In this document: positions 33,003-41,035 of the stretch, in pieces
Numbering within the stretch: the first letter of the stretch is position 1
How the letters are laid out: each line of letters starts with the position of its first letter
Assembly: GCA_963700635.1 (NCBI GenBank)
Contig: CAVOYH010000002.1
Span: forward strand, 1 to 64,000
Origin: an uncultured Bacteroidota bacterium
GTDB lineage: Bacteria > Bacteroidota > Ignavibacteria > UBA10030 > UBA6906
DNA: 64,000 bases
Direction of reading: 5' to 3'
Made by a program: the position numbers and the translations under genes
The notes under the pieces: model-generated
The model's input: the letters and a program-made list of their open reading frames with translations, nothing else
Told to the model about the DNA's origin: nothing
The model's database searches: none

Positions 33003-34226
33003 ATGAGCACGGACACATTGGTTGAAGATGCGCTGAAGCGACTTAAAGAGTTTTTGCGTCTCGAGGCTGCAGGCGGGATTCTGTTGATGGCGGCAGCGGT
33101 GGCGGCGATGGTGGTTGCCAACTCTCCGCTAGCCATGTACTACGACAGGTTGCTGGATCTCCCCTTGGTCATCAAGATCGGAACATTTGGACTGAGTAAG
33201 CCTCTACTTCTCTGGATCAACGACGGGCTGATGGCCGTCTTCTTCTTTCTTGTTGGAATGGAACTGAAACGCGAGGTAGTCGAGGGGCACCTGTCGAGTC
33301 TGCGCCGGGCGAGTTTGCCAGCGTTCGCTGCAGTGGGCGGGATGCTCGTGCCTGCCGCCATCTATGTTACGCTAAACTGGGGCGACCCGGTTGCGATGAA
33401 AGGGTGGGCTATCCCTACGTCCACCGACATCGCCTTTGCGTTGGGCGTGCTCTCGCTTCTTGGCGATCGGGTGCCGACCGCGCTTAAGGCATTTTTATTG
33501 AGTCTTGCCATTTTCGACGACATTGCGGCCATCGTGATGATTGGGCTGTTCTACACGGCCGAGATCTCGCTTCTGGCACTTGTCGTTGCGGTCGTTCTGG
33601 TGATAGGGCTCTTCTGGCTGAACCGTTCGGGAGTAACGAGACCTGCGGCCTACTTCCTGCTCGGTGTCCCGTTGTGGGCGGCTGTCTTGAACTCTGGCGT
33701 GCACGCTACACTGGCTGGAGTCGTGTTAGCGATGTTCATCCCGTTGCGCGTTCCGGAGAACACGCTTACCTGGACGTCGGACAGGTCGCCATTGCACCAT
33801 CTCGAACATGCGCTGCATCCGTGGGTGGCGTATGGTGTCCTGCCGATCTTCGCGTTTGCCAACGCGGGTGTTTCAATTCTGACGCTCTCGTTCGCTGACC
33901 TGCTTCATCCGGTGCCGCTTGGTATCGCGACCGGGCTCTTGCTTGGCAACCAGGTCGGGATCATGGGAATGTCCTGGCTGGCGGTGCGGACGGGGATCGC
34001 GTCGATCCCCGAGGGCGTGCGCTGGTCACACATCTATGGTGCGTCGTTGATCAGCGGCGTCGGGTTTACGATGAGCCTGTTTATTGCGTCCCTGGCGTTT
34101 GAGCAGGGCGGCGCAGCGTATCTCGGACTGGAGCGACTCGGAGTGCTCACCGGATCGCTGCTTGCCGGGCTGGCGGGCTATGTCGTGCTTCGTCTTGTGT
34201 TGCGTGACGGGCAAAAAGTCTTATGA
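33003..34226 (+). CDS. nhaA: Na+/H+ antiporter NhaA
   Basis: WINDGLMAVFFFLVGMELKRE, GWAIPTSTDIAFALG, LAIFDD, SGVHAT, GVGFTMSLFI. Confidence 0.96.
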   Translation: MSTDTLVEDALKRLKEFLRLEAAGGILLMAAAVAAMVVANSPLAMYYDRLLDLPLVIKIGTFGLSKPLLLWINDGLMAVFFFLVGMELKREVVEGHLSSLRRASLPAFAAVGGMLVPAAIYVTLNWGDPVAMKGWAIPTSTDIAFALGVLSLLGDRVPTALKAFLLSLAIFDDIAAIVMIGLFYTAEISLLALVVAVVLVIGLFWLNRSGVTRPAAYFLLGVPLWAAVLNSGVHATLAGVVLAMFIPLRVPENTLTWTSDRSPLHHLEHALHPWVAYGVLPIFAFANAGVSILTLSFADLLHPVPLGIATGLLLGNQVGIMGMSWLAVRTGIASIPEGVRWSHIYGASLISGVGFTMSLFIASLAFEQGGAAYLGLERLGVLTGSLLAGLAGYVVLRLVLRDGQKVL

Positions 34227-34352
34227 CAAGCAGTGCACGCGAGAGTTACTCTTTGCGACCGCGGGATCGTCAATTGTCGAAATACCGCACACTAGATCAC
34301 ACACTCGCACTGCCTGAAAATAGTGGTTTTGGATCGTGGCCCCCGCAATTGT

Positions 34353-34440
34353 TGCTCAACATTGTTGAGCAGGGCTTCACATCGAGCAGGATCGCGGGCA
34401 TGACGAAATCAATATAGCATCAAGGGGTGGGGTGTGTCAA
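34353..34440 (-). promoter_or_regulatory. Minus-strand promoter plus 19-bp palindromic operator-like site
   Basis: Minus strand TTGACA (34440-34435)-18 bp-TATATT (34416-34411) with extended TG; TGCTCAACA-T-TGTTGAGCA at 34353-34371. Confidence 0.45.
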
Positions 34441-34539
34441 GAGCGTGCCGGCGTTTCTCTGGACCGTCTAATTGCCACATCCTCCTGCTGTTACGTGGGA
34501 TTTTTTCTCCACAGGTCACCCAAATGCAGATATATTACT

Positions 34540-34594
34540 CATGAATCGCAATATCTCCGATGCTGCTTCACAACCTACTATATGTTAGACCGCC
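34540..34594 (+). other. Putative attI / first cassette core site (G^TTAGAC at 34584-34590)
   Basis: GTTAGACCGCC (34584-34594) is 10/11 complementary to GGCGGTCAAAC (35145-35155) at the cassette end; no attC hairpin upstream. Confidence 0.5.
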
Positions 34595-34653
34595 ATGCGA
34601 AGGAGGGTTAGACTGTGCAGAGAGAGCAATACCCGATCAAATGGAGAAGCGAC

Positions 34654-35139
34654 ATGACAACGCCAGCAAAGAACACGGTGTGCCTTTGGTACGATGGCGG
34701 CGCCGAAGAAGCGGCACGGTTTTATGCCGACACTTTTCCAGATTCGTCCGTCGGTGCAATCCACCGCGCGCCGGGAGACTTCCCCTCGGGAGAGAAAGGG
34801 GAAGTATTGACAGTCGAGTTCACTGTAATGGGGATCCCGTGCCTCGGGCTCAATGGCGGACCTGCATTCACACACAGCGAGGCGTTTTCGTTTCAGGTGG
34901 CGACCACTGACCAAGCGGAAACGGATCGCTATTGGAACGCGATCGTCGGCAACAGCGGTCAGGAGAGCGCGTGTGGCTGGTGCAAAGACAAGTGGGGGGT
35001 GTCATGGCAGATAACGCCGATCGCCCTGTTGAAAGCAATCACGGACCCCGATCCTGCAGCCGCCAAGCGCGCATTCGATGCGATGATGCAGATGAGAAAT
35101 ATCGACATCGCTGCAATTGAGGCGGCGCTTCGCGGTTGA
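34654..35139 (+). CDS. VOC/PhnB-family (3-demethylubiquinone-9 3-methyltransferase-like) protein; gene cassette 1
   Basis: CLWYDGGAEEAARFY, LNGGP, EAFSFQV, CGWCKDKWGVSWQI. Confidence 0.92.
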   Translation: MTTPAKNTVCLWYDGGAEEAARFYADTFPDSSVGAIHRAPGDFPSGEKGEVLTVEFTVMGIPCLGLNGGPAFTHSEAFSFQVATTDQAETDRYWNAIVGNSGQESACGWCKDKWGVSWQITPIALLKAITDPDPAAAKRAFDAMMQMRNIDIAAIEAALRG

Positions 35140-35148
35140 AAGCGGGCG

Positions 35149-35270
35149 GTCAAACAAACGGCTGCACCTGACGCCGCGGTGTGGTGGTGGTCACGATGCG
35201 GTAACCAGAGACGGTATACATTCAATTCAACAGCACGACTCGCGGCGCAGGTGAGCCGCAGCCGTTATGC
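35149..35270 (+). other. Integron attC site 1 (122 bp)
   Basis: R'' GTCAAAC, 5-bp spacer, L'' GCTGCACC+TGACGCCGCG pairing with CGCGGCGCA+GGTGAGC (two extrahelical bases), R' GTTATGC. Confidence 0.9.
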
Positions 35271-35288
35271 GTCTGAACTACCGACAGC

Positions 35289-35717
35289 ATGGAGAGTAAG
35301 AGCATGAAAGGAACCTCATCCGCCGTATCTGAAGTTCGTGCAGTGCTTGAAGCCTGGGCGGCGGCGACACGACAAAACAAGAAGAATGAAATCCTGAAGA
35401 ACCATGCCGACGATCTCGTGATTTTCGATGTGTTGCCACCGATGAAATATGTAGGGGCCGAGTCCTATCAGCGTGGCTGGGACGATTGGCAACCAGAAAC
35501 GCAGGGCGAGGCGGTTTTCAATCTTGAGGGTCTCTCCGTTACGGCAGGTAACGACGTCGCATTTGCCCATTGCTTTATTCGTTGTGGCGGGACCATGCCG
35601 GATGGCCACACATTTCAAGATTTGGTCCGTGCTACGTTTTGCCTCCGAAACGTAAATGGTGCTTGGAAAGTGGCGCATCAGCATGTCTCGAAGCCCTTTG
35701 AGCGCTCAGATAGCTGA
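35289..35717 (+). CDS. SnoaL-like / NTF2-family protein; gene cassette 2
   Basis: DLVIFDVLPP, DVAFAH, VRATFCLR..NGAWKVAHQHVS.PF. Confidence 0.88.
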   Translation: MESKSMKGTSSAVSEVRAVLEAWAAATRQNKKNEILKNHADDLVIFDVLPPMKYVGAESYQRGWDDWQPETQGEAVFNLEGLSVTAGNDVAFAHCFIRCGGTMPDGHTFQDLVRATFCLRNVNGAWKVAHQHVSKPFERSDS

Positions 35718-35732
35718 CAGCAAGCAACGGAC

Positions 35733-35790
35733 GCATAACAACCGGTTTCACGCGACCGGCTACGCCGGCGCGTGAACCGGAGCGTTAGGG
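35733..35790 (+). other. Integron attC site 2 (58 bp)
   Basis: R'' GCATAAC, spacer AACCG, L'' GTTTCACG+CGACCGGC pairing with GCCGGCG+CGTGAAC, R' GTTAGGG. Confidence 0.92.
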
Positions 35791-35794
35791 GGAT

Positions 35795-36067
35795 TCAGGC
35801 AGCGTGAATGAGGCGTCGTTCGGCCTTATAGAGATCATGGGTGACTTGGAGATTCATCCAGAACTCAGATGAGGTTCGGAGCACACGGCCAAGGAGAATG
35901 GCGGTTTCGGCAGTGATATCTCGCTTGCCGTTGACAACAGTATTCACTCGCTGGATTGGCACCTTCATTCTCTTGGCCAGTTCGACCTGTGAAATCCCCA
36001 TGGGCTCGAGAAACTCGGTACGGAGAATTTCCCCCGGGTGTGTTGGCGTGCGCTTCTTCGGAACCAT
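35795..36067 (-). CDS. higA: HigA-family antitoxin; gene cassette 3
   Basis: PTHPGEILRTEFLEPMGISQ, ITAETA, EFWMNLQ. Confidence 0.92.
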   Translation of the reverse strand: MVPKKRTPTHPGEILRTEFLEPMGISQVELAKRMKVPIQRVNTVVNGKRDITAETAILLGRVLRTSSEFWMNLQVTHDLYKAERRLIHAA

Positions 36068-36074
36068 GTGACAC

Positions 36075-36368
36075 CTATGAATGATAGTCGAGAATACAGA
36101 CCTTTTTGGCGTTGCCTTCGGTCCAGTGAAAGATAAGACGAAACTGATCATTGACTCGTATGCTGTGAAAAGCCGAGAGCTTGCCCTTGAGCTTTTCGAG
36201 TCGGTTCCCCGGCGGGACTCGGAGATCCCGCAGATCATGGGCTGCGTTGAGCATATCAAGCTTTCGGCGTGCTACGAGCCACATTGTCATCGGGATTCGC
36301 CGTGCCGCTGGCGTATCCTCACCGTTGAAGATGTCTTCCGTGGACTGGTCACCGAAGTCAAGGATCAT
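36075..36368 (-). CDS. higB: HigB (RelE-type) toxin; gene cassette 3
   Basis: ARRKLDML, DLRVPPGNRLEKLKG, HSIRVNDQFR, DYH; toxin upstream of antitoxin. Confidence 0.93.
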   Translation of the reverse strand: MILDFGDQSTEDIFNGEDTPAARRIPMTMWLVARRKLDMLNAAHDLRDLRVPPGNRLEKLKGKLSAFHSIRVNDQFRLIFHWTEGNAKKVCILDYHS

Positions 36369-36373
36369 GGGGC

Positions 36374-36402
36374 AATATACTGATTTAACGGTTGCTGTGC
36401 AA
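36374..36402 (-). promoter_or_regulatory. higBA promoter (probably leaderless transcript)
   Basis: Minus strand TTGCAC-17 bp-TATATT; ATG starts 6 nt after the -10 box, no SD. Confidence 0.65.
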
Positions 36403-36429
36403 TAGGTATTGACGATATTGCCTGAACCC

Positions 36430-36567
36430 CGCTAACCCGCGGCTGCACCTGACGCCGCGAGCGGGGGAAGATCTATTCGTTTCGCGTGTCATCTCGCAAT
36501 TGTGATCGGGTTTCTGAGTCCGGGATGCACATCCGTCATCTTGGTGGACTCAGCAGAACCGTTGGAC
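36430..36567 (+). other. attC site 3: left arm intact, right arm decayed or lost
   Basis: CGCTAAC-CCGCG-GCTGCACCTGACGCCGCG, whose arm is identical to attC1; candidate R' GTTGGAC at 36561-36567 pairs poorly. Confidence 0.65.
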
Positions 36568-36743
36568 AATGACTGGGTCTTCAATTATGATCAGGTGAAT
36601 GCCCGACTAGTCGATGAGCCAGCCACAGCCAACCGAATCGTCCGTGAGGGCGCACCATAGATAGACAGAAGGCACGGTGACAGTGCACTTTCGCTGCATG
36701 TGCACTGTCGCCGAGAGTGCCACAATCATTCGAGGGGAGGGGT

Positions 36744-37181
36744 ATGAGCAAAGAAAAAGTGCTGTTTGTCTGCATTCACAACAGTGCGCGAAGCCAGATG
36801 GCCGAAGCGTATCTTAGTGTGCTCGGCGGTGATCGTTTTGAGGCGGAAAGCGCCGGGATCGAGCCGGGTGTGCTCAATCCACTGGTGGTAGAGGTGTTAA
36901 AAGAGGATGGGATCGACATCTCGGGCAACAAAACTAAAGATGTCTTTGATTTCCTGAGACAGGGCAAGAAGTTTGCATACGTTGTCACGGTGTGTGACGA
37001 GACTGCGGCCGAACGATGCCCCGTATTCCCCGGAACGGCGGTGCGCCTTCATTGGGGATTCCCGGATCCCGGCGCCCTGGCCGGAACACTCGAGGAGCGG
37101 CTCGTTCAGACAAGAGTGATCCGGGATAGGATCAAAAAGAAGATCGAAGCGTTTCTGAGCGGTGATACGGCTCACTCGTAG
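36744..37181 (+). CDS. arsC: Arsenate reductase (LMW-PTP family)
   Basis: [40 protein letters not shown]. Confidence 0.9.
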   Translation: MSKEKVLFVCIHNSARSQMAEAYLSVLGGDRFEAESAGIEPGVLNPLVVEVLKEDGIDISGNKTKDVFDFLRQGKKFAYVVTVCDETAAERCPVFPGTAVRLHWGFPDPGALAGTLEERLVQTRVIRDRIKKKIEAFLSGDTAHS

Positions 37182-37314
37182 GCAGCATGGGCCTCGCCGG
37201 GCCTTGCGGCTGATCGCTGGATTCCCAACAGCCGGAAACCGATTCCCATACGTAAGACTAACCGTGTGCGACTTCCGGCATTTGGTGCGAGAAGAGGGGA
37301 TTTTCGCTGGCATG

Positions 37315-37338
37315 CTATATGAGTATATACTCATATAG
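37315..37338. promoter_or_regulatory. Perfect 24-bp palindrome, probable ArsR/SmtB operator
   Basis: CTATATGAGTAT|ATACTCATATAG, 30 bp upstream of the arsR ATG. Confidence 0.75.
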
Positions 37339-37368
37339 GTAAATACAACGATAGAGGTATATTCACGC

Positions 37369-37686
37369 ATGAAGAAGACATCTGCAGATCTCAAGGCTGG
37401 CATCTTGGCCGCGCTGGCTCACCCGAACCGGATCAGGATACTGGAGTATATCCGCCGCGATGTCCGGTGCAACTGCGAACTCGCTCCGGCGTTGGAGCTG
37501 GAACAGTCAAACCTCTCGCGCCACCTAAAGATCCTGGTGCAGGCCGGTGTTCTCGTGTCGTGGAAAGACGGATTGCGTGTGAATTTCAAAGTTGCGGACG
37601 AGAGGATCTTCAGAATCCTCGAGATCGCAACAGGCATTGCCCGGCAAGAAACGGAAAAACGCGCGGCAGCGCTGGAAGAAGCATAA
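37369..37686 (+). CDS. ArsR/SmtB-family transcriptional regulator
   Basis: ALAHPNRIRIL, RCNCEL, QSNLSRHLKIL. Confidence 0.92.
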   Translation: MKKTSADLKAGILAALAHPNRIRILEYIRRDVRCNCELAPALELEQSNLSRHLKILVQAGVLVSWKDGLRVNFKVADERIFRILEIATGIARQETEKRAAALEEA

Positions 37687-37705
37687 AACTCTGGAGAAGA
37701 CATCT

Positions 37706-37960
37706 ATGCTCATTAAAGTTCTTGGACCCGGTTGTATGAACTGCAAAACCCTCGAGAAACGCACTCAGGAGGCCGTTGCCTCCCTCGGGGTCCCTGCTGA
37801 AGTGGAAAAGGTGGGAGACATAATGCAGATAGCAACCTATGGCATCTTGCGTACTCCGGGATTGGTGATCGATGAAAAGGTTGTATCATCCGGACGTGTT
37901 CCCGCCGTCGAGGAGATCAAACAAATGATCCTCGCCCATTCAGCAAAGACAACGTCGTGA
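37706..37960 (+). CDS. Small redox-active disulfide protein (MTH895-like thioredoxin)
   Basis: IKVLGPGCMNC..YGILRTPGLVIDEKVVSSGRVP. Confidence 0.9.
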   Translation: MLIKVLGPGCMNCKTLEKRTQEAVASLGVPAEVEKVGDIMQIATYGILRTPGLVIDEKVVSSGRVPAVEEIKQMILAHSAKTTS

Positions 37961-38973
37961 AGATCACACCCCTCTGGATAGCAATACTTTCTCTCATTGT
38001 TTGGCTGATCGCATACATATTCCTTCCCTCGGCAGTTGACGGACTGGTGTTTGGGGTCCTCCAGATGGAATCCGGCTCACGGATGACTTCTGCACTCCAT
38101 TTCTTCCTGTACGATACTCCCAAGGTCCTGCTCCTGCTCACGATCGTTGTATTCGGCGTCGGAATCGTGCGCTCGTATTTCTCACCTGAAAAGACCCGCA
38201 AGATCCTTGAGAATAAACCCCTCCTCCTGGGCAATGTTCTTGCGAGTACCCTTGGGATCGTAACCCCGTTTTGTTCCTGTTCGGCCGTTCCGCTCTTCAT
38301 CGGATTCGTCGAGGCGGGGATCCCCCTCGGCGTCACTTTTTCGTTCCTGATCGCAGCGCCGATGATCAACGAGATCGCCATCGTGCTGCTGTTCGGTTTG
38401 TTCGGCTGGAAGGTCACGCTTCTGTATGTCGGCACGGGGCTGAGTATTGCCATTCTGGCCGGGTACATAATCAACAAACTCAAGGTGGAACGGTTCGTCG
38501 AAGATTGGGTCTATACCATCCGGTCTCAGTCCCTGGACATGCAGGAGCAACGACTCACCCTCAACGACCGGGTGGAATATGGCTTCACCCAGGTGAGGGA
38601 GATCGTGTCGAAGGTGTGGCTGTATGTGCTTCTGGGCATAGCCGTGGGAGCGAGCATCCATGGGTACGTTCCCGAGAATTTCATGGCAAGCTTCATGGGC
38701 AAATCTGCCTGGTGGGCCGTCCCCGTCTCGGTGTTGATCGGTGTTCCGCTCTACTCCAACGCTGCCGGCATTATTCCGATCGTCCACGCACTGCTCGAAA
38801 AGGGTGCTTCGTTGGGCACGACGCTCGCCTTCATGATGTCGGTGATCGGACTGTCGCTTCCGGAAGCCATCATTCTCAGGAAGGTTCTGAAACTCCCGCT
38901 CATCTTCATATTTGTCGGCGTCGTAGCCATGGGGATCCTGATCGTGGGTTACCTCTTCAATGCAATTATGTGA
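37957..38973 (+). CDS. ArsP/DUF318-family permease
   Basis: HFFLYDTPK, TPFCSCSAVPLF, GVPLYSNAAG, LSLPE. Confidence 0.9.
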   Translation: MKITPLWIAILSLIVWLIAYIFLPSAVDGLVFGVLQMESGSRMTSALHFFLYDTPKVLLLLTIVVFGVGIVRSYFSPEKTRKILENKPLLLGNVLASTLGIVTPFCSCSAVPLFIGFVEAGIPLGVTFSFLIAAPMINEIAIVLLFGLFGWKVTLLYVGTGLSIAILAGYIINKLKVERFVEDWVYTIRSQSLDMQEQRLTLNDRVEYGFTQVREIVSKVWLYVLLGIAVGASIHGYVPENFMASFMGKSAWWAVPVSVLIGVPLYSNAAGIIPIVHALLEKGASLGTTLAFMMSVIGLSLPEAIILRKVLKLPLIFIFVGVVAMGILIVGYLFNAIM

Positions 38974-38993
38974 CACCAACAGTTGGACGTGTG

Positions 38994-39245
38994 ATGACAA
39001 CAGTGAAAGTTCTTGGGGCAGGATGCGCAAAATGCAAGGTCCTCCACCAGCGGTTGCTTGACCTGAAGACAGAGCAGGGTCTCGATTTCGAACTCATCAA
39101 AGTCACAGAGATAAATGAGATCATCTCCTACGGCATCATGGCAACACCCGGGTTGATCGTGAACGGTGTTGTCAAGAGCGTGGGGACCGTACCGAAAGAT
39201 GCACAACTCATACAATGGTTGAAGGAAGCAAGCAATGTATCATAA
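38994..39245 (+). CDS. Second small redox-active disulfide protein
   Basis: VKVLGAGCAKC..YGIMATPGLIVNG. Confidence 0.85.
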   Translation: MTTVKVLGAGCAKCKVLHQRLLDLKTEQGLDFELIKVTEINEIISYGIMATPGLIVNGVVKSVGTVPKDAQLIQWLKEASNVS

Positions 39246-39657
39246 TGGAACTCGATTGATCGCTCTCATGACGGCCACTCTCCTGGTCGTTGGCTCAACC
39301 CTATGGTCCCAGTCAAAGCCCGCGAAAGGTCAGGCGGCAGGTGAAGCGACGGCCATACAACCGCTTGTGACATTTGTCGAACTCGGCTCGGTGAAATGCA
39401 TCCCCTGTCGTCAGATGCAGCCGATCATGAAAGCCATCGAGGAGAAATATGGCAAGCAGGTGAACGTCGTATTCTATGACGTGTGGAAGGAAGATCAGCG
39501 TGCGTATGCTGAGAAGTATGGCATCAAGGTTATTCCAACACAGGTGTTCCTTGATAAGGAAGGCAAAGAGTTTTTCCGACATGAAGGGTTCTTTCCTGAA
39601 TCGGAGATCGACAAACTCCTGCAGAAGCGCGGACTGAACGCCCGTAGCGGAGGTTAG
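39235..39657 (+). CDS. Exported thioredoxin-family protein
   Basis: Signal peptide, ELGSVKCIPC, IPTQVFLDKEGKEFFRHEG. Confidence 0.88.
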   Translation: MYHNGTRLIALMTATLLVVGSTLWSQSKPAKGQAAGEATAIQPLVTFVELGSVKCIPCRQMQPIMKAIEEKYGKQVNVVFYDVWKEDQRAYAEKYGIKVIPTQVFLDKEGKEFFRHEGFFPESEIDKLLQKRGLNARSGG

Positions 39658-39660
39658 TCC

Positions 39661-40362
39661 ATGCTTGATCAGATCTTGACGTGGCTGACTATGGGAATGG
39701 GCGACTCATTTGGGATCGCACTGGTTGCCGCCGTCGGATGGGGCGTTATCAGCATTCTTCTCAGCCCCTGTCATCTCTCGAGCATTCCCCTCGTTATTGG
39801 CTACATCAGCAGTCAGGGGCAGGAAGGGTCGAAACGGCCCTATCTGCTTTCCCTGGTGTTCGCGGTAGGGATTCTAATCACGATCGGTGTGATCGGCGCG
39901 GCCACCGCATCGGTGGGCAGGATGATGGGCGACGTCGGCGTGTGGGGCAACGTTATAGTCGCGGGGGTGTTCTTTGTTGTTGGCCTGTACCTCATGGACG
40001 TCATCAGCCTCTCGTGGGGTGGGATCATCCCCCGGACTTCATTCGCTCGAGGGTGGAAAGGGGCGCTTCTGTTGGGCCTCATTTTTGGCATCGGGCTGGG
40101 TCCCTGCACGTTTGCCTATATGGCGCCAGTGCTCGGCGTCGCTTTCAGCATGGCCTCGACAAGTGTGCTCCGGGCCGTTTCGCTTGTTGCTGCCTTCGGG
40201 TTGGGGCACTGTGCCGTGATCGTGGGAGCCGGAGGCGCGGCCGGAACAGTGCAGAAATATCTGAACTGGACGGAACAGTCGAAGGGTGCAACGTATCTGA
40301 AGCGTGGCGCCGGGGTGCTTGTCATCCTGGCAGGCGTGTACTATATCTACACGGCTTTGTGA
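39661..40362 (+). CDS. CcdA/DsbD-type transmembrane electron transporter
   Basis: LSPCHLSSIP and GPCT cysteine pair; multiple TM helices. Confidence 0.88.
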   Translation: MLDQILTWLTMGMGDSFGIALVAAVGWGVISILLSPCHLSSIPLVIGYISSQGQEGSKRPYLLSLVFAVGILITIGVIGAATASVGRMMGDVGVWGNVIVAGVFFVVGLYLMDVISLSWGGIIPRTSFARGWKGALLLGLIFGIGLGPCTFAYMAPVLGVAFSMASTSVLRAVSLVAAFGLGHCAVIVGAGGAAGTVQKYLNWTEQSKGATYLKRGAGVLVILAGVYYIYTAL

Positions 40363-40488
40363 GGTTCAGTATGCATGCTTGCGTTGAGAGGTGCATGGTT
40401 TGTGAATTCGATCGGCAGGTTTGCGAAAGATGATGATGCCACTCACCTACATCGACCAAGTTATTCCCACATCCGTAAGGACGGAGTC

Positions 40489-40767
40489 ATGAGTGTCCCC
40501 CGAGAACTGATCCCGTGGTATCCTACCATAGAGCAGGACCTTTGCACGAATTGTGGCGTGTGTGTGGATTTCTGCAAACATGGCGTATATGCGTTGGAAG
40601 ATGTCCGGACTGTGGTTTCGGTCCCTTTTAACTGTGTCGTAGGATGCACCGGTTGCGAAGGTCAATGCGCCAGTGGTGCGATCCGACTCCCGGAAATGGA
40701 GCAATTTATCATAACGCCGAGGGAACTTCGCGCGGGGGCCTGCCCCAAGTTTGTGTACCAATGTTGA
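40489..40767 (+). CDS. 4Fe-4S dicluster ferredoxin
   Basis: WYPTI, CTNCGVCVDFC and CVVGCTGCEGQC. Confidence 0.85.
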   Translation: MSVPRELIPWYPTIEQDLCTNCGVCVDFCKHGVYALEDVRTVVSVPFNCVVGCTGCEGQCASGAIRLPEMEQFIITPRELRAGACPKFVYQC

Positions 40768-40834
40768 GGTAAACAAAAAACGCCCCGATACCTGGGGCGT
40801 TCGTGTTCTAATCCCGCCATCATCACCGGGCTCG

Positions 40835-40863
40835 TTGACAATCCGATCTCCCTTCAGTATCAT
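40835..40863 (+). promoter_or_regulatory. sigma70-like promoter
   Basis: TTGACA-17 bp-TATCAT; the -35 box lies in the direct repeat. Confidence 0.65.
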
Positions 40864-41035
40864 GTGTCATATTGTCCGGGGAAGCCCATTCCCTCGCGGA
40901 TCCGGGAATAATAGTTGTCGTAAACCGCAAAGAATAGTTGTCGTCAAACAGTGGATTGGGAATGATGTTGACCTGAAGGCCTCTATACGGGGGAATATAA
41001 GTGGGCCTCGACACAACGCAAAGGAAAACTCACCG

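Noticed and set aside
32948-33003. nhaA-type riboswitch upstream of nhaA
   Set aside because: The spacer is only ~55 bp and I could not see the expected conserved motif.
34296-34480. Short minus-strand ORFs (MPAILLDVK.., MAIRRSRETP..) as intI remnants
   Set aside because: Too short, with no recognisable IntI motif.
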